Numbered from the stretch's first letter, positions 28,756 to 39,815 are shown. The stretch: 43,410 nt of DNA from an uncultured Eubacteriales bacterium (GCA_964546035.1 CAZJIO010000004.1:21860-65269), one strand, 5' to 3'. Notes: generated from the sequence alone by a model not told the origin. Translations and numbers: made by a program.

Positions 28756-29082
28756 ATGAAAATGATTCGAGCAATTGTTCGCCCAGAAAAAGCAACAGAA
28801 ATAATGAAGGAATTATCCGACGCCGGATATCCAGCGGTAACTAAGATCGATGTGGTAGGTAGAGGTAGACAACGTGGTGTGAAAGTTGGAGATATGCATT
28901 ACGATGAAATACCAAAAGAGATATTACTCATGGTTGTTAAAGATGAGTTCGCAAAAGATGAAGTGGTAAGCATCATCAAAAAAACAGCGATCACAGGCAA
29001 TGGTACTTTTGGAGATGGTAAAATTTTTATCACAGAAGTAGAAGAAGCTTATACCATCAGTACGGGCAAAAAGGAACTGTAA
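28756..29082 (+). CDS. nifI1: Nitrogen regulatory protein P-II family NifI1 (nitrogenase switch-off regulator)
   Basis: GlnB-like fold (IVRPEK...T-loop GRGRQRG...GDGKIF). Position between nifH and nifD is typical of anaerobe nif clusters. Confidence 0.85.
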   Translation: MKMIRAIVRPEKATEIMKELSDAGYPAVTKIDVVGRGRQRGVKVGDMHYDEIPKEILLMVVKDEFAKDEVVSIIKKTAITGNGTFGDGKIFITEVEEAYTISTGKKEL

Positions 29083-29112
29083 AAACGGAAATTAAAATAG
29101 GGAGTGAACCTT

Positions 29113-29496
29113 ATGAAAGAGATATCAGCAATCATCAGAATGAATAAAGTAAACGAGACCAAGAGGGCTCTGTCAGAAGCGGGTTTTCCAGCCATTACCT
29201 GTAGAAAAGTCTATGGTCGTGGCAAGCAAGCAGTTAATTTCCAAATGGTCGAAGAACTTCTAGAAGGTCATGATGTGCAGTCACCCACCTTAATAGAAGC
29301 CATTACAGAAGGCCATCGTTTGATTACAAAAAGAATGATCCTTATGGTTGTGTTAGACCACGAAGTGGAAGCAGCCGTTAAAGCAATCATTGAAGCCAAT
29401 CAAACAGGAAATAAGGGAGACGGTAAAATATTTATCTGTCCAGTTGAAGAAACCATTAGAATCAGAACCGGTGAAACCGGCGATGAAGCCGTATAA
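29113..29496 (+). CDS. nifI2: Nitrogen regulatory protein P-II family NifI2
   Basis: P-II fold with an extended T-loop (YGRGKQAVNFQMVEELLEGHDVQ) and the GDGKIF motif. RBS GGGAG 9 nt upstream of ATG 29113. Confidence 0.85.
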   Translation: MKEISAIIRMNKVNETKRALSEAGFPAITCRKVYGRGKQAVNFQMVEELLEGHDVQSPTLIEAITEGHRLITKRMILMVVLDHEVEAAVKAIIEANQTGNKGDGKIFICPVEETIRIRTGETGDEAV

Positions 29497-29532
29497 AACC
29501 TATCCACTCAGAATTTGAAAGAGGTGATCATT

Positions 29533-31143
29533 GTGCCGCGAAATATAAATAAAGCTGTCGATAAAGTGTTGGACTCTTATCCTGCTAAGGTTATGAAAAA
29601 CAGAAAGAGTCACATGGTTATCAGAGACACAGAAAAGACTCAAGAAATCGATGCCAATACCAGAACAATTCCAGGGATTATTACCAATAGGGGTTGTGCC
29701 TATGCCGGATGTAAAGGTGTTGTTATTGGACCTATTATCGATATGCTACATATCGTTCATGGTCCCATTGGTTGTTCGTATTATACTTGGGGAACAAGAA
29801 GAAATAAAGGAAGAACCAGAGAAGATGGGCAAAACTTTTTGGAATATTCTTTTAGTACAGATTTAGGTGAAAGTGACATCGTATTTGGTGGCGAGAAGAA
29901 ACTCATAAGAGCCATCGATGAAGCGGTTGAATTATTTCATCCAAAAGCAATTTCCATTAGTGCGACATGTCCAGTAGGTTTAATTGGTGATGATATTCAT
30001 CAAGTGGCTAAACAAGCGACGCTCAAATATGGTATTCCAGTGTTATCCTTTAGCTGTGAAGGGTATAAAGGCGTCAGCCAATCTGCAGGACATCATATTG
30101 CCAACAATAAATTGATGACGGATGTCATCGGAAAGAATGAAGTTTATGAAACAAAAGAATATGCCGTCAATTTATTAGGGGAATACAACATCGGTGGTGA
30201 CGAGTGGGAAATCTCTCGTGTTATGAATAAAATTGGCTACCATGTGATTACTTCTATGACAGGCAACTCAGTTTATGACGAGCTGGCTGCAGCCCATAAA
30301 GCAGATTTGAACATTGTTCAATGTCATCGTTCTATTAACTACATTGCAGAAATGATTGAAACAAAATATGGCCTACCTTGGATCAAAGTCAACTTTATCG
30401 GCGTTGAATCCATGAGTAAGTCCTTAAGAGATATTGCTAAGTATTTTGGTGATGCAGCCCTTATTCAGAGAACCGAAGAGGTCATCGCTGAGGAAATCGC
30501 TGAAATTGAATTTGATTTGGCCCATTACAAAGAATTGTGTGAAGGCAAAACGGCTATGTTGTTTATGGGTGGTTCCCGTTCCCACCATTTCCAAGGCATG
30601 CTCAAGGAATTAGGGATGGAAACCATTTTGGCTGGTTATGAGTTTGGTCATCGAGATGACTATGAAGGAAGAGATGTTATTCCTAATATCAAAATCGATG
30701 CAGACAGTCGTAACATCGAAGAAATTCATGTTGTGAAGGACACGGATAAGTATCATCTGAGGATTTCAGAAGAAAAATATGCCGAGTTGCAAAAAGAAAT
30801 CCCCCTTTCTAACTACAAAGGTATGATCAATGAAATGGGAGATGGTACAGTTGTTATCGATGATTTAAACCATTTTGAAACAGAAATGTTTGTTAAATTG
30901 TTAAAACCAGATATGTTTGGTTCAGGCGTAAAAGACAAATATATGATTCAAAAAATGGGCGTTTACTCTAAACAAATCCATTCCTACGATTATGCAGGAC
31001 CTTATGCTGGATTTAAAGGCTGCGTTAATTTTGCTAGAGATATCGCAGCGGGGATGAATACCGCCGCATGGAAATATGTTATTTCACCTTGGAAAAAAGA
31101 GCCTATTATTACAGGCAAGATGGGAGTTGATCAAGTATGTTAA
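29533..31143 (+). CDS. nifD: Nitrogenase molybdenum-iron protein alpha chain NifD
   Basis: GCAYAGCKGVV...HGPIGC. The CEGYKGVSQSAGHHIANN homocitrate/FeMoco environment matches Mo-type NifD. No delta (G) subunit gene lies between D and K. GTG 29533 is preferred as the start (RBS AGAGGTGA 5 nt upstream). The track ORF begins at TTG 29515. Confidence 0.9.
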   Translation: MPRNINKAVDKVLDSYPAKVMKNRKSHMVIRDTEKTQEIDANTRTIPGIITNRGCAYAGCKGVVIGPIIDMLHIVHGPIGCSYYTWGTRRNKGRTREDGQNFLEYSFSTDLGESDIVFGGEKKLIRAIDEAVELFHPKAISISATCPVGLIGDDIHQVAKQATLKYGIPVLSFSCEGYKGVSQSAGHHIANNKLMTDVIGKNEVYETKEYAVNLLGEYNIGGDEWEISRVMNKIGYHVITSMTGNSVYDELAAAHKADLNIVQCHRSINYIAEMIETKYGLPWIKVNFIGVESMSKSLRDIAKYFGDAALIQRTEEVIAEEIAEIEFDLAHYKELCEGKTAMLFMGGSRSHHFQGMLKELGMETILAGYEFGHRDDYEGRDVIPNIKIDADSRNIEEIHVVKDTDKYHLRISEEKYAELQKEIPLSNYKGMINEMGDGTVVIDDLNHFETEMFVKLLKPDMFGSGVKDKYMIQKMGVYSKQIHSYDYAGPYAGFKGCVNFARDIAAGMNTAAWKYVISPWKKEPIITGKMGVDQVC

Positions 31144-32504
31144 ATGCGACACCAAAAGAGCAAATTGAAAGAAAAGGACTGACAATCAATCCAGCAAAAA
31201 CTTGTCAACCTTTAGGTGCAATGTATGCTGCACTCGGTATTAACAAATGTTTACCCCATAGTCATGGATCTCAAGGCTGTTGTTCTTTCCATAGAATGCA
31301 CCTAACCAGACATTATAGAGATCCAATCATCGCTTCTACCAGTTCCTTTACTGAAGGTACTTGTGTATTTGGTGGAAAATCCAACTTAACACAAGGCTTA
31401 ACGAATATATTTAATATTTACAATCCTGACGTCGTAGCGATTAATACAACCTGTCTATCAGAGACCATTGGCGACGACGTAGGAGAGATCGTTAGAGATG
31501 CAAAGATTCCCGATGGTAAAACCGTTATATATGCCAGTACGCCGAGCTACCAAGGTTCCCATGTCACGGGATTTTCAAATATGTGTCGATCTATGGTTAC
31601 GCAATTGGCGGTACATGATGCAGGTGTATCTAATGGCAAGATCAATATTTTCCCTGGGTTTGTTGAACCCAGTGATATGAAAGAAATTAAACGTATTGCT
31701 AAGGAAGTCAAGGCAGAATTTATTATGTATCCTGACACCAGTGAGGTGGTTAATACACCTAATACAGGTAAATACGAAATGTATCCAAATGGTGGAACGA
31801 CGGTTGCTGATATCAAAGATTCAGGTAACTCAATCGCAACGGTAGCACTCGGTTCCTATGCTTCCCAAGATGCAGCCTTTACCTTAGAGAAACAATGCGA
31901 GATTACCCCTTATATTTTAAAAGCACCCATTGGTATCAAAGCAACAGATGCGATGATCATGAAGCTTCTTGAAATCACTGGTGGATCCGTTTCTAAGGAA
32001 CTGGAACTTGAAAGAGGTCAGTTAGTTGACTTAATGATCGACATACATCACCATTATCATGCTAAAAAAGTAGCTATTTATGGTGACCCAGATATTATTT
32101 TAGCCTTAACCGAGTTCGTTATTGATCTTGGTATGATACCTAAATATATCATCACAGGAACACCAGGAAAAACCTTTGATAAAGAAATTGCTGAAGTATT
32201 AGAAGCTGGTGAAATAAAGGATTGTGTGGTTCAAGTAGAAGGCGACTTATTTGGCCTTCATCAAATGATTAAAAACGAACCTGTGGATATGCTGATTGGC
32301 AATACCTATGGTAAATACATTAGTAGAGCAGAGAACATTCCTCTTGTAAGAATTGGTTTCCCAATACTCGACCGCGTGGGACATAGCTTTTTCCCAAGTG
32401 TGGGCTATAAAGGGGCAATGAGATTAATTGAAAAGATCAGTACAGCTTTCTTAGATCAATACGATCGTGAATGTGCAGAAGAAGATTTTGAATTAGTTAT
32501 GTAA
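31137..32504 (+). CDS. nifK: Nitrogenase molybdenum-iron protein beta chain NifK
   Basis: P-cluster Cys motifs (QPLGA..CLPHSHGSQGCC). Start codon overlaps the nifD stop. Confidence 0.9.
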   Translation: MLNATPKEQIERKGLTINPAKTCQPLGAMYAALGINKCLPHSHGSQGCCSFHRMHLTRHYRDPIIASTSSFTEGTCVFGGKSNLTQGLTNIFNIYNPDVVAINTTCLSETIGDDVGEIVRDAKIPDGKTVIYASTPSYQGSHVTGFSNMCRSMVTQLAVHDAGVSNGKINIFPGFVEPSDMKEIKRIAKEVKAEFIMYPDTSEVVNTPNTGKYEMYPNGGTTVADIKDSGNSIATVALGSYASQDAAFTLEKQCEITPYILKAPIGIKATDAMIMKLLEITGGSVSKELELERGQLVDLMIDIHHHYHAKKVAIYGDPDIILALTEFVIDLGMIPKYIITGTPGKTFDKEIAEVLEAGEIKDCVVQVEGDLFGLHQMIKNEPVDMLIGNTYGKYISRAENIPLVRIGFPILDRVGHSFFPSVGYKGAMRLIEKISTAFLDQYDRECAEEDFELVM

Positions 32505-32576
32505 GTCAAATGATTGCTTTCGGGGTGAAACGATTCATCCCGAAAGTTATTAAAATTAGGAATTGGGGTGATTCGA

Positions 32577-33914
32577 ATGAATGAAAACGACCTATTAGAA
32601 GGTAGAAAAAACTTCATTATGAAAAAAGACGGTGAAACCCCGATGGTCATTGATTGTGATCAGGCCAGCTTATCAGGAGCAGTCAGCCAACGTGCTTGCG
32701 TTTACTGTGGTGCAAGAGTTGTCTTAAACCCAATTACAGATGCCCTTCATCTGGTCCATGGTCCCATTGGTTGTGCCAGTTATACCTGGGACATTAGAGG
32801 CAGCCTTAGCAGCGGTTCAGAGCTCTATCGCAACAGCTTTTCTACAGATTTAAGAGAAAGGGATATTATTTTTGGCGGAGAAAAAAAGCTGGGAGCGGCC
32901 ATTAGAGAGGCCTACGAACAGCATCATCCCAAGGTAATTTTTGTCTATGCCACATGTGTTGTAGGGGTTATTGGTGACGATATGGATGCTGTCTGTAAAG
33001 CAGCAGAAAATGATCTAGGTATACGCGTGCTCCCAGTAAAATCACCCGGATTTTCAGGCAACAAAAGAACGGGTTATAAAATGGGCTGTAACGCCATACT
33101 CGAGCTCATGAAAGGCGCTAAAAAAGAAGATAAAATACCAGGCTCCATTAATTATTTAGGCGATTTTAACTTAGCAGCAGAGGCTTGGATCATTAAAAGC
33201 TACCTAGAAGAGATGGGTGTTAAGCTCCTCACTGTTCTAACTGGAGATGCTACTTATGAAAGTTTATTACAGGCACCAAGAGCCCAGCTCAATGTGGTGC
33301 AATGTGCAGGCTCTATGACTTATTTAGCCAAGCAAATGGAAAGTGCATATGGCACTCCATTTGATAAAGTCAGGTTCCTCGGTGTAGATGAAACCGTGAT
33401 AGCCCTGAGGAAAATAGCCGAACTACTGGGCACTCCAGAAATTGCTGCAAATACAGAAAAACTTATTGAAAGAAAGTTAGCAGAAGTGGCGCAAGTGTTG
33501 GACTATTATAAGGAACGTGTTAAAGGTCATAAAGCAGCTATTTATGTCGGCGGTGGCTTTAAAGCAATTGCCCTTATTAAACAATTCAATGCATTAGGCA
33601 TTGAAACGGTACTCATTGGGACACAAACAGGTGACCAAGAGGAATATGAAATGATCCGCAGTTTGACCAACGAAGGCACAGTTATTTTAGATGATACCAA
33701 CCCCAATGAACTTCAGAAATTTGTCCTTGAAAAAGGCGCAGATCTCCTAGTGGGTGGTGTAAAGGAAAGACCCCTTGCCTATAAATTAGGCCTTGCCTTT
33801 ATAGACCATAATCATGAAAGAAAACATGCCCTTTCAGGTTTTGAAGGTGCAATCAATTTTGCTAAAGAAGTCGATTTAACCGTCAACAGCCCTGTTTGGG
33901 ATTATATAAAATAA
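32577..33914 (+). CDS. nifE: Nitrogenase FeMo-cofactor scaffold protein NifE
   Basis: NifD-like fold with HLVHGPIGCASYTWD. Position after nifK. ATG 32577 has RBS GGGGTGA; the track ORF starts at GTG 32568. Confidence 0.85.
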   Translation: MNENDLLEGRKNFIMKKDGETPMVIDCDQASLSGAVSQRACVYCGARVVLNPITDALHLVHGPIGCASYTWDIRGSLSSGSELYRNSFSTDLRERDIIFGGEKKLGAAIREAYEQHHPKVIFVYATCVVGVIGDDMDAVCKAAENDLGIRVLPVKSPGFSGNKRTGYKMGCNAILELMKGAKKEDKIPGSINYLGDFNLAAEAWIIKSYLEEMGVKLLTVLTGDATYESLLQAPRAQLNVVQCAGSMTYLAKQMESAYGTPFDKVRFLGVDETVIALRKIAELLGTPEIAANTEKLIERKLAEVAQVLDYYKERVKGHKAAIYVGGGFKAIALIKQFNALGIETVLIGTQTGDQEEYEMIRSLTNEGTVILDDTNPNELQKFVLEKGADLLVGGVKERPLAYKLGLAFIDHNHERKHALSGFEGAINFAKEVDLTVNSPVWDYIK

Positions 33915-33933
33915 AAAAGGAGCGTGAAACCTA

Positions 33934-35304
33934 ATGGCGCGAACATCAAGAAACTTTGTTAATCTCAACGTGAACCCTTGTAAAATGTGTATGCCCATGG
34001 GTGCTTCTCTCGCTTTTGAAGGTCTTGAAGAGAGCATGGTCATGATTCATGGCTCACAAGGCTGCAGTACTTATATTAGACGACACATTGCCACTCATTT
34101 TAATGAACCCATTGATATTGCCTCCTCCTCGTTGAGTGAACAAGGGACGGTATATGGCGGCGCATCTAATTTAATCCAAGGCTTGAAAAATGTGGCGCTG
34201 ATTTATAACCCTAAGGTCATTGGTGTTTTAACCACCTGCTTAGCAGAAACCATTGGAGAGGATATTAGACATATCATCAAAGAAAGTGGCATTGCCCAGG
34301 AGCTTGAAGGCATTGACATTATTCCAGTACCAACCCCGGGCTATGCTGCCAGTGAATACAACGGCTACTTTGTTGCTCTTAGGAAAATAGTTGAGTTTTA
34401 TGCCAAAGTACCCGAGAAAATAGGTCAACATATTAACGTCATCGTAACGGATTTAACCCCTGCTGATCTGAGAGAAATCAAAAGAATATTGGGACAATTC
34501 GGAGTTGAATATACCCTTTTTCCAGATATTTCAGAAACCTTAGATGCCCCCTATAAAAAAGGCTTTGATAAGAAAAACACAGGTGGAACAACAAAAGCTG
34601 AGCTTGAAAAAATGTCAGAAGCCAGAGCAACCATAGAAATGGGGCAGATGACACCACTGAACTTATCGCCTGGGCAGTATTTAAAGGAAGTTTTTGATGT
34701 ACCCCTTTACCGTTGTCCATTGCCCATTGGCTTAGAGGGTACTGATTTATTCATAGACGCTCTTTGCAAGATTACTCAGCAAGAAGTACCTGAGGATTTG
34801 AGTAAAGCAAGAGGTCGTATGTTAGATGCTATGATTGATTCCCATAAACTCAATCGTGAAGGTCGGGTCGTTATTTATGGTAATCCAGAATTGATTTTTG
34901 CTGTGAGTCATCTGTGTATTGAAAATGGGTTGGAGCCCGTGGTTATAGCAACTGGAGCAGATCCAAGTGCAATCAAAGAACAATTAGAACCCCTCTTAAA
35001 AAAATATTTTTATGATCCCGTCTTACTAGAGGACAGTGACTTTGAAACCATTCAAAAGGTGGCGGTAGAGCAAAAAGCCAATCTCTTAATAGGTAATTCG
35101 GATGGTAAGTTTATAAAAGAAAAAGAAAAGATTCCTTTGGTGAGAATCGGCTTTCCCATTCATGATCATGTGGGTGGTTCGAGGCTACTGAATGTGGGCT
35201 ATGAGGGCAGCTTAAGATTTTTGGATCTCATAACTAATACACTATTAGATCAGAAACATGAAACCTATCGTGAAGATATGCTTCTTAAGTATTTTGTGGA
35301 ATAA
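33934..35304 (+). CDS. nifN: Nitrogenase FeMo-cofactor biosynthesis protein NifN
   Basis: NifK-like fold (CMPMGASLAFEGLE..MIHGSQGCSTY). Position after nifE. Not fused to nifB. Confidence 0.85.
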   Translation: MARTSRNFVNLNVNPCKMCMPMGASLAFEGLEESMVMIHGSQGCSTYIRRHIATHFNEPIDIASSSLSEQGTVYGGASNLIQGLKNVALIYNPKVIGVLTTCLAETIGEDIRHIIKESGIAQELEGIDIIPVPTPGYAASEYNGYFVALRKIVEFYAKVPEKIGQHINVIVTDLTPADLREIKRILGQFGVEYTLFPDISETLDAPYKKGFDKKNTGGTTKAELEKMSEARATIEMGQMTPLNLSPGQYLKEVFDVPLYRCPLPIGLEGTDLFIDALCKITQQEVPEDLSKARGRMLDAMIDSHKLNREGRVVIYGNPELIFAVSHLCIENGLEPVVIATGADPSAIKEQLEPLLKKYFYDPVLLEDSDFETIQKVAVEQKANLLIGNSDGKFIKEKEKIPLVRIGFPIHDHVGGSRLLNVGYEGSLRFLDLITNTLLDQKHETYREDMLLKYFVE

Positions 35305-35321
35305 GTAAGGGAGGAAAACCA

Positions 35322-36209
35322 ATGTCAAAATGTGAAGGTAAAATGCCGATTAATCAAAGATTCATTTCTCAGGAATTACAGGAAAAAACTCAAAAACATC
35401 CCTGTTACAACCCAGGTGCAGTGGATTATGCGAGAATGCATGTGCCTGTAGCGCCAAAGTGTAATGTGCAGTGCAATTATTGTAATAGAAAATACGATTG
35501 TCAAAATGAGAGTAGACCCGGCGTGACAAGTATGGTGATGTCCCCAGAACAAGCCTTTGAACGTTACAAAGAAGAGAAGTTAAAATACGATAAGTTAACG
35601 GTTGTCGGTTTTGCAGGACCTGGAGATGCTATGGCTAACTTTGAAGAAGTGAGAGAGACCATTCATCTGATCAAAGATTATGATCCAACAGCTATATTTT
35701 GTTTATCTACAAATGGGTTAGCCCTTTATGAACATATAGATGAAGTTATTGAATTAGGCGTTTCTCATTTAACCATTACCATTAATACGGTTTATCCTGA
35801 AGTAGCTGCACAAATATACAAATTTATCATGGTGGATGGCAAGAAGTATGTAGGGCTAGAAGCAGGAGAGCTGATCGTGAAAAGACAGTTCGAAGCGCTA
35901 GAAAAGCTGGCTCAAAATAATGTGATGATCAAAGTGAATATCGTTTATATCAAAGGGTTAAATGATGATCATATCGATAAGGTTGTAGAAAAGGCGGCAA
36001 GATTAGGGGCAGCAATGACCAATATTATGCCATTGATTCCAACGGAAAATACGGAATTCGCTGGTTATCCAAAACCTAGTGCAACAGAACTGCTCCTAGC
36101 AAGAAAAAAATGTGAGAAATATCTGACTCAAATGTACCATTGTAAGCAATGTCGTGCAGATGCTGTTGGCACCTTGACGAAGACTTGTTCTGGAAAACAG
36201 ATAGGTTAG
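35322..36209 (+). CDS. nifB: FeMo-cofactor biosynthesis radical SAM protein NifB (minimal form, no NifX-like C-terminal domain)
   Basis: CNVQCNYCNRKYDC radical-SAM cluster motif. HPCYNPGAVDYARMHVPVAPKCN is typical of NifB. Confidence 0.85.
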   Translation: MSKCEGKMPINQRFISQELQEKTQKHPCYNPGAVDYARMHVPVAPKCNVQCNYCNRKYDCQNESRPGVTSMVMSPEQAFERYKEEKLKYDKLTVVGFAGPGDAMANFEEVRETIHLIKDYDPTAIFCLSTNGLALYEHIDEVIELGVSHLTITINTVYPEVAAQIYKFIMVDGKKYVGLEAGELIVKRQFEALEKLAQNNVMIKVNIVYIKGLNDDHIDKVVEKAARLGAAMTNIMPLIPTENTEFAGYPKPSATELLLARKKCEKYLTQMYHCKQCRADAVGTLTKTCSGKQIG

Positions 36210-36259
36210 GGTCGAAGCGCTTAATAAAATAAATCAATCAATTCAGGAGGATTATAAAA

Positions 36260-36565
36260 ATGGAAAAACCAAAGCACCACATATTTGTCTGTAGCAGCTC
36301 TCGTTTAACGGGAGAAAACAAAGGGTTTTGTGTTCAACAAAAAGGTAAGGACATCATTCAAACTTTTGCAGAGGAACTACAAGATCGCAGTCTAGATTCA
36401 GAAATCATGGTGACGAATACAGGATGTCTGGGACTTTGTACCATGGGGCCAATCGTTATGATTTATCCAGACCAAATCTGGTATTCAAAAGTAACTGTTG
36501 AGGATGTAGAAGAAATTATGGATGCCCTTGAAGAGGGTGTAGTTTTGGAAAGATTAGCCCTATAA
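36260..36565 (+). CDS. Thioredoxin-like [2Fe-2S] ferredoxin
   Basis: Four Cys in a Cx12Cx31Cx3C pattern (FVCSSS, GFCVQQ, GCLGLC). Family commonly found in nif clusters. Confidence 0.7.
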   Translation: MEKPKHHIFVCSSSRLTGENKGFCVQQKGKDIIQTFAEELQDRSLDSEIMVTNTGCLGLCTMGPIVMIYPDQIWYSKVTVEDVEEIMDALEEGVVLERLAL

Positions 36566-36578
36566 GGGGGGATCGATT

Positions 36579-37385
36579 GTGTTTAAAAAAATAGTCTTAT
36601 TTGCGATGAGTTGGGTTGTGTTAATGAGCTATATGACCTGTTTAGGGTGTTCTAAAAAACCGCAAAAGACTACCGTTACCATTTTAGCGGCGGCTAGTCT
36701 TACAGAAACTTTTGCGGAAGTTGAAAAAGACTTTGAAGTCCTTTACCCAGAGGTTGACCTTGTTTTTAATTTCGCGGGAACAAGTACTTTAGCCATTCAA
36801 GTCCAGGAAGGACTCGAAGCCGATGTTTTTGTAGCGGCAAATGAATCTGCTATTGAAGAGTTGATTCAAAAAGGGTATATTGATACAAAGGATTCTCATG
36901 TGTTTGCTCAAAACGAACTGGTTCTTATTGTGTCTAAAGTGTCTACCTATACCATCAACACAATGGACGATGTGCTCCAAGAAGGTGTGAAAATTGTCAT
37001 AGGGGAACCAGCCCAACCCATTGGGAAGTACACAGAAATCATGTTGAATGAAATAGAGAATCAAAGGTTATTTGATGAAAATTACAAAGCACTTTTCTAT
37101 GATCGGGTAGTCTCAATGGAACCGTCGGTTAAGGCAGTGGCTGCTAAGGTGGAAATGGGAGAAGCTGATGTGGGTATTGTGTATGGCACAGATTATATGG
37201 CTATTAAAGGGTCTGGAGCAAATAAAGTAGAGATACCAGAATCGTGTAACCCTTTAGCGACCTATGAATTGGCGGTATTAAAGGCTTCCAAACATAAAGC
37301 CGAGGCAGATGATTTTGTGGCCTATGTGCTCAGTAAAGAAGGTCAGGAATTTTTGCTCAAATATGGGTTCATGCTTCCGAAATAA
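36579..37385 (+). CDS. modA: Molybdate ABC transporter substrate-binding lipoprotein ModA
   Basis: Lipobox LGCS. VTILAAASLTETF...NFAGTSTLAIQVQEG...DVFVAANE is the ModA signature. Confidence 0.8.
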   Translation: MFKKIVLFAMSWVVLMSYMTCLGCSKKPQKTTVTILAAASLTETFAEVEKDFEVLYPEVDLVFNFAGTSTLAIQVQEGLEADVFVAANESAIEELIQKGYIDTKDSHVFAQNELVLIVSKVSTYTINTMDDVLQEGVKIVIGEPAQPIGKYTEIMLNEIENQRLFDENYKALFYDRVVSMEPSVKAVAAKVEMGEADVGIVYGTDYMAIKGSGANKVEIPESCNPLATYELAVLKASKHKAEADDFVAYVLSKEGQEFLLKYGFMLPK

Positions 37386-37405
37386 AAGTGATAAGGAGTT
37401 GATGC

Positions 37406-38194
37406 GTGATGGTTAGAGCTTTAAAGGTGACTCCTTTGATTTTATGGTTGGTAGTAATTGTAAACTTTCTTGGCGTTGTCAGTGTTCTATATGCCATGAT
37501 TGCAAATTTCTCATCAGAAAGTCTGAATGGACTATTTGCAACTGGGGATACGCTATCGGCTTTAAAAACCACGCTATTGTCCATGGCGATTTCCATCAGT
37601 CTTATTGCAATGATGGGGATTCCAGTTGCTTATATGCTTGCCACACATAAAGGTGTTATTTTCAGTGTGATTGAAGCCATCACCTTTATTCCCCTTGTCT
37701 TGCCGCCGTCTGTTGCTGGGCTTGGTCTGTTGATGACTTTTGGTAAGCATGGTGTTATTGGAACGACCTTAGCAGGATGGGGCATCCAGTTACCCTTTAC
37801 ATTTTTTGCTATTGTCATGGTTCAGGTTTTTGTCTGTTTGCCTATTTTTATCCAACTCGTTAAAAATGGTTTTGATGCCATTGAAATAGAAGTTATTGAA
37901 GCGGCTAAGGTATTTGGAGCAGGGGAAAAAGCCTTGCTGTTACAAATTTTTATGCCTATTGGTGCCAAGGCGATCTTGACCGGGTTAATTCTTTGTGCGC
38001 TGAGAGCTGCAGGGGAATTTGGCGCTACCATGATGTTTGCAGGAAATATGGTGGGTAAAACTCAAACCTTAACCACGCGGATTTATTCTCTCTACCAGTA
38101 CGATATGATGCAAGCAGTTGCTCTGGCCGTTATTCAATTGGTGGTGGTCTTGTTGCCAATGCTGGCGCTTAAATATTTCCTGAACACGAAATGA
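37406..38194 (+). CDS. modB: Molybdate ABC transporter permease ModB
   Basis: Permease fold with a ModB-like motif region ([24 protein letters not shown]). No modC ATPase gene follows. Confidence 0.8.
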   Translation: MMVRALKVTPLILWLVVIVNFLGVVSVLYAMIANFSSESLNGLFATGDTLSALKTTLLSMAISISLIAMMGIPVAYMLATHKGVIFSVIEAITFIPLVLPPSVAGLGLLMTFGKHGVIGTTLAGWGIQLPFTFFAIVMVQVFVCLPIFIQLVKNGFDAIEIEVIEAAKVFGAGEKALLLQIFMPIGAKAILTGLILCALRAAGEFGATMMFAGNMVGKTQTLTTRIYSLYQYDMMQAVALAVIQLVVVLLPMLALKYFLNTK

Positions 38195-38208
38195 AAAGGG
38201 GTGATGGG

Positions 38209-39255
38209 ATGTCGAGACTCTATATTGTAGATACAACCCTAAGAGATGGGGAACAGACCGCAGGTGTTTCCTTTTCCAGACAAGAAAAAATAAACTTGGC
38301 AAAGGCCCTCGATCAATTAGGCGTGGATATCATTGAAGTAGGCATACCAGCTATGGGGGCTAAAGAAATAGCCGTCATACAAGAAATTGAAGCCCTCCAT
38401 TTATCAGCAGAGTTACTGGTTTGGAATAGAATGTCCATTTCAGATGTGAAATTATCCTTAGAAACAGGTGTAAAGCAGTTGCACATTACTGTGCCAGCCT
38501 CCGATTTACATATTCAAAAAAAGCTGGGTATTTCAAGAGAAGAGCTCCTGAAAAGGATGCAAGAAACCATTTATTTTGCCATGAATAAAGGAAGAAAAGA
38601 TTCGGTGAGTGCAGAAGATGCCTCAAGGGCTGATGTGTCCTTTTTGATTCAATTGTATAGAGAAGCTGTGAAAGAGGGGGCTCATCGCGTAAGATATGCA
38701 GATACTGTGGGACGCCTTGATCCTTTTTCAACCTTTGAGATCCTGCGTTCCATTAAGGAGGCGATTGGTGTTGATATTGATTTTCATGGACATAATGATC
38801 TTGGAATGGGCACTGCCAATGCACTGGCTGCTTATAAAGCAGGCGCAAGGTATATCAGTTGCAGTGTGAACGGACTAGGGGAGCGGGCTGGTAATACGCC
38901 TTTAGAAGAAATTGTAACAGCCATCCGCTATGTAGAAGGCTGTGAAGAACAAATGAAAATGGAAAGAATTATGCTGGTTTCGGAAATGGTGGAGAAATAT
39001 TCAGGCAGAAGAGTTCATGATTCAAAACCTATTGTGGGTAGGGAAGCCTTTTCCCATGAGGCAGGAATTCATGTGGATGGGTTGTTAAAGGACGTCTTGA
39101 CCTATGAAGAGATCTCTCCCGAGTTATTTGGCAGACAAAGGAAACTAGTGGTAGGGAAGCATTCGGGGAAGAAGGGTGTCAGGTATGATTATGAAAAAAG
39201 GGGTATTGTGTTATCAGAGGCAGAGATTGAACGAGTGATGGAGAGATTAAGGTAG
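38209..39255 (+). CDS. nifV: Homocitrate synthase NifV (single polypeptide, not split)
   Basis: [18 protein letters not shown] plus [16 protein letters not shown]: LeuA/NifV DRE-TIM signature. Last gene of the cluster. The track ORF starts at 38191, overlapping the modB stop. Confidence 0.8.
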   Translation: MSRLYIVDTTLRDGEQTAGVSFSRQEKINLAKALDQLGVDIIEVGIPAMGAKEIAVIQEIEALHLSAELLVWNRMSISDVKLSLETGVKQLHITVPASDLHIQKKLGISREELLKRMQETIYFAMNKGRKDSVSAEDASRADVSFLIQLYREAVKEGAHRVRYADTVGRLDPFSTFEILRSIKEAIGVDIDFHGHNDLGMGTANALAAYKAGARYISCSVNGLGERAGNTPLEEIVTAIRYVEGCEEQMKMERIMLVSEMVEKYSGRRVHDSKPIVGREAFSHEAGIHVDGLLKDVLTYEEISPELFGRQRKLVVGKHSGKKGVRYDYEKRGIVLSEAEIERVMERLR

Positions 39256-39258
39256 AGG

Positions 39259-39308
39259 AAACCGCCTATTGAGGTGCTTTTTATAAGCAGCGCAGTAGGC
39301 GGTTTTTA
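39259..39308 (+). terminator. Intrinsic terminator at the end of the nif cluster
   Basis: AAACCGCCTATT ... AGTAGGCGGTTT stem, then TTTTTAT. Confidence 0.55.
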
Positions 39309-39553
39309 TGTATCAGAGCATGCATTTGAAGACAAAGATAGCTTGATAATGACCACCTCATTAACATTATCGGTTACAAAGAGCTTCAACTACTTTAACT
39401 ATGAATGTTGCTCATAAGGTACTCCAGTCTTTATTGAAGGTATGTTTGATTCTTAAATGTATATTAGCGAGTTCATAGTTCTTATTATTGGGAATACTAT
39501 AAATTAGCCGTTTTTTAGCAATTGTAAAAATATGTAAATAAAAGTAGGTATTG

Positions 39554-39582
39554 ACTTGTTTTTAATGGTTGGGTATACTAAG
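39554..39582 (+). promoter_or_regulatory. Orphan sigma-A promoter TTGACT-17-TATACT
   Basis: Good consensus. The next sizable ORF is 320 nt downstream. Confidence 0.4.
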
Positions 39583-39815
39583 CAGGAGTTTATCAAATAA
39601 AATGATATGAATTGTTTTGGTGCTATGGGGTCGCTATTAGATAGCTAGTTGATTGCAACCTTGTACTAGACTGTTTCTTTGAACCGAAAAAGGATGTACC
39701 TAATGGAAGTTATTTGCAAAACAAAGGATTACAAACCTATTGGACATAATTTTTTTTATTATGACGGTGTATAAGATTACCGTACTTGGTTAAATTAAGC
39801 AAGTAAATAAGAAAC

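Noticed and set aside
29515-31143. Possibility that the D/K genes encode an alternative (V- or Fe-only) nitrogenase
   Set aside because: No delta-subunit (vnfG/anfG) ORF lies between D and K. The NifD homocitrate-region motif GVSQSAGHHIANN is Mo-type. A modAB molybdate transporter is embedded in the cluster.
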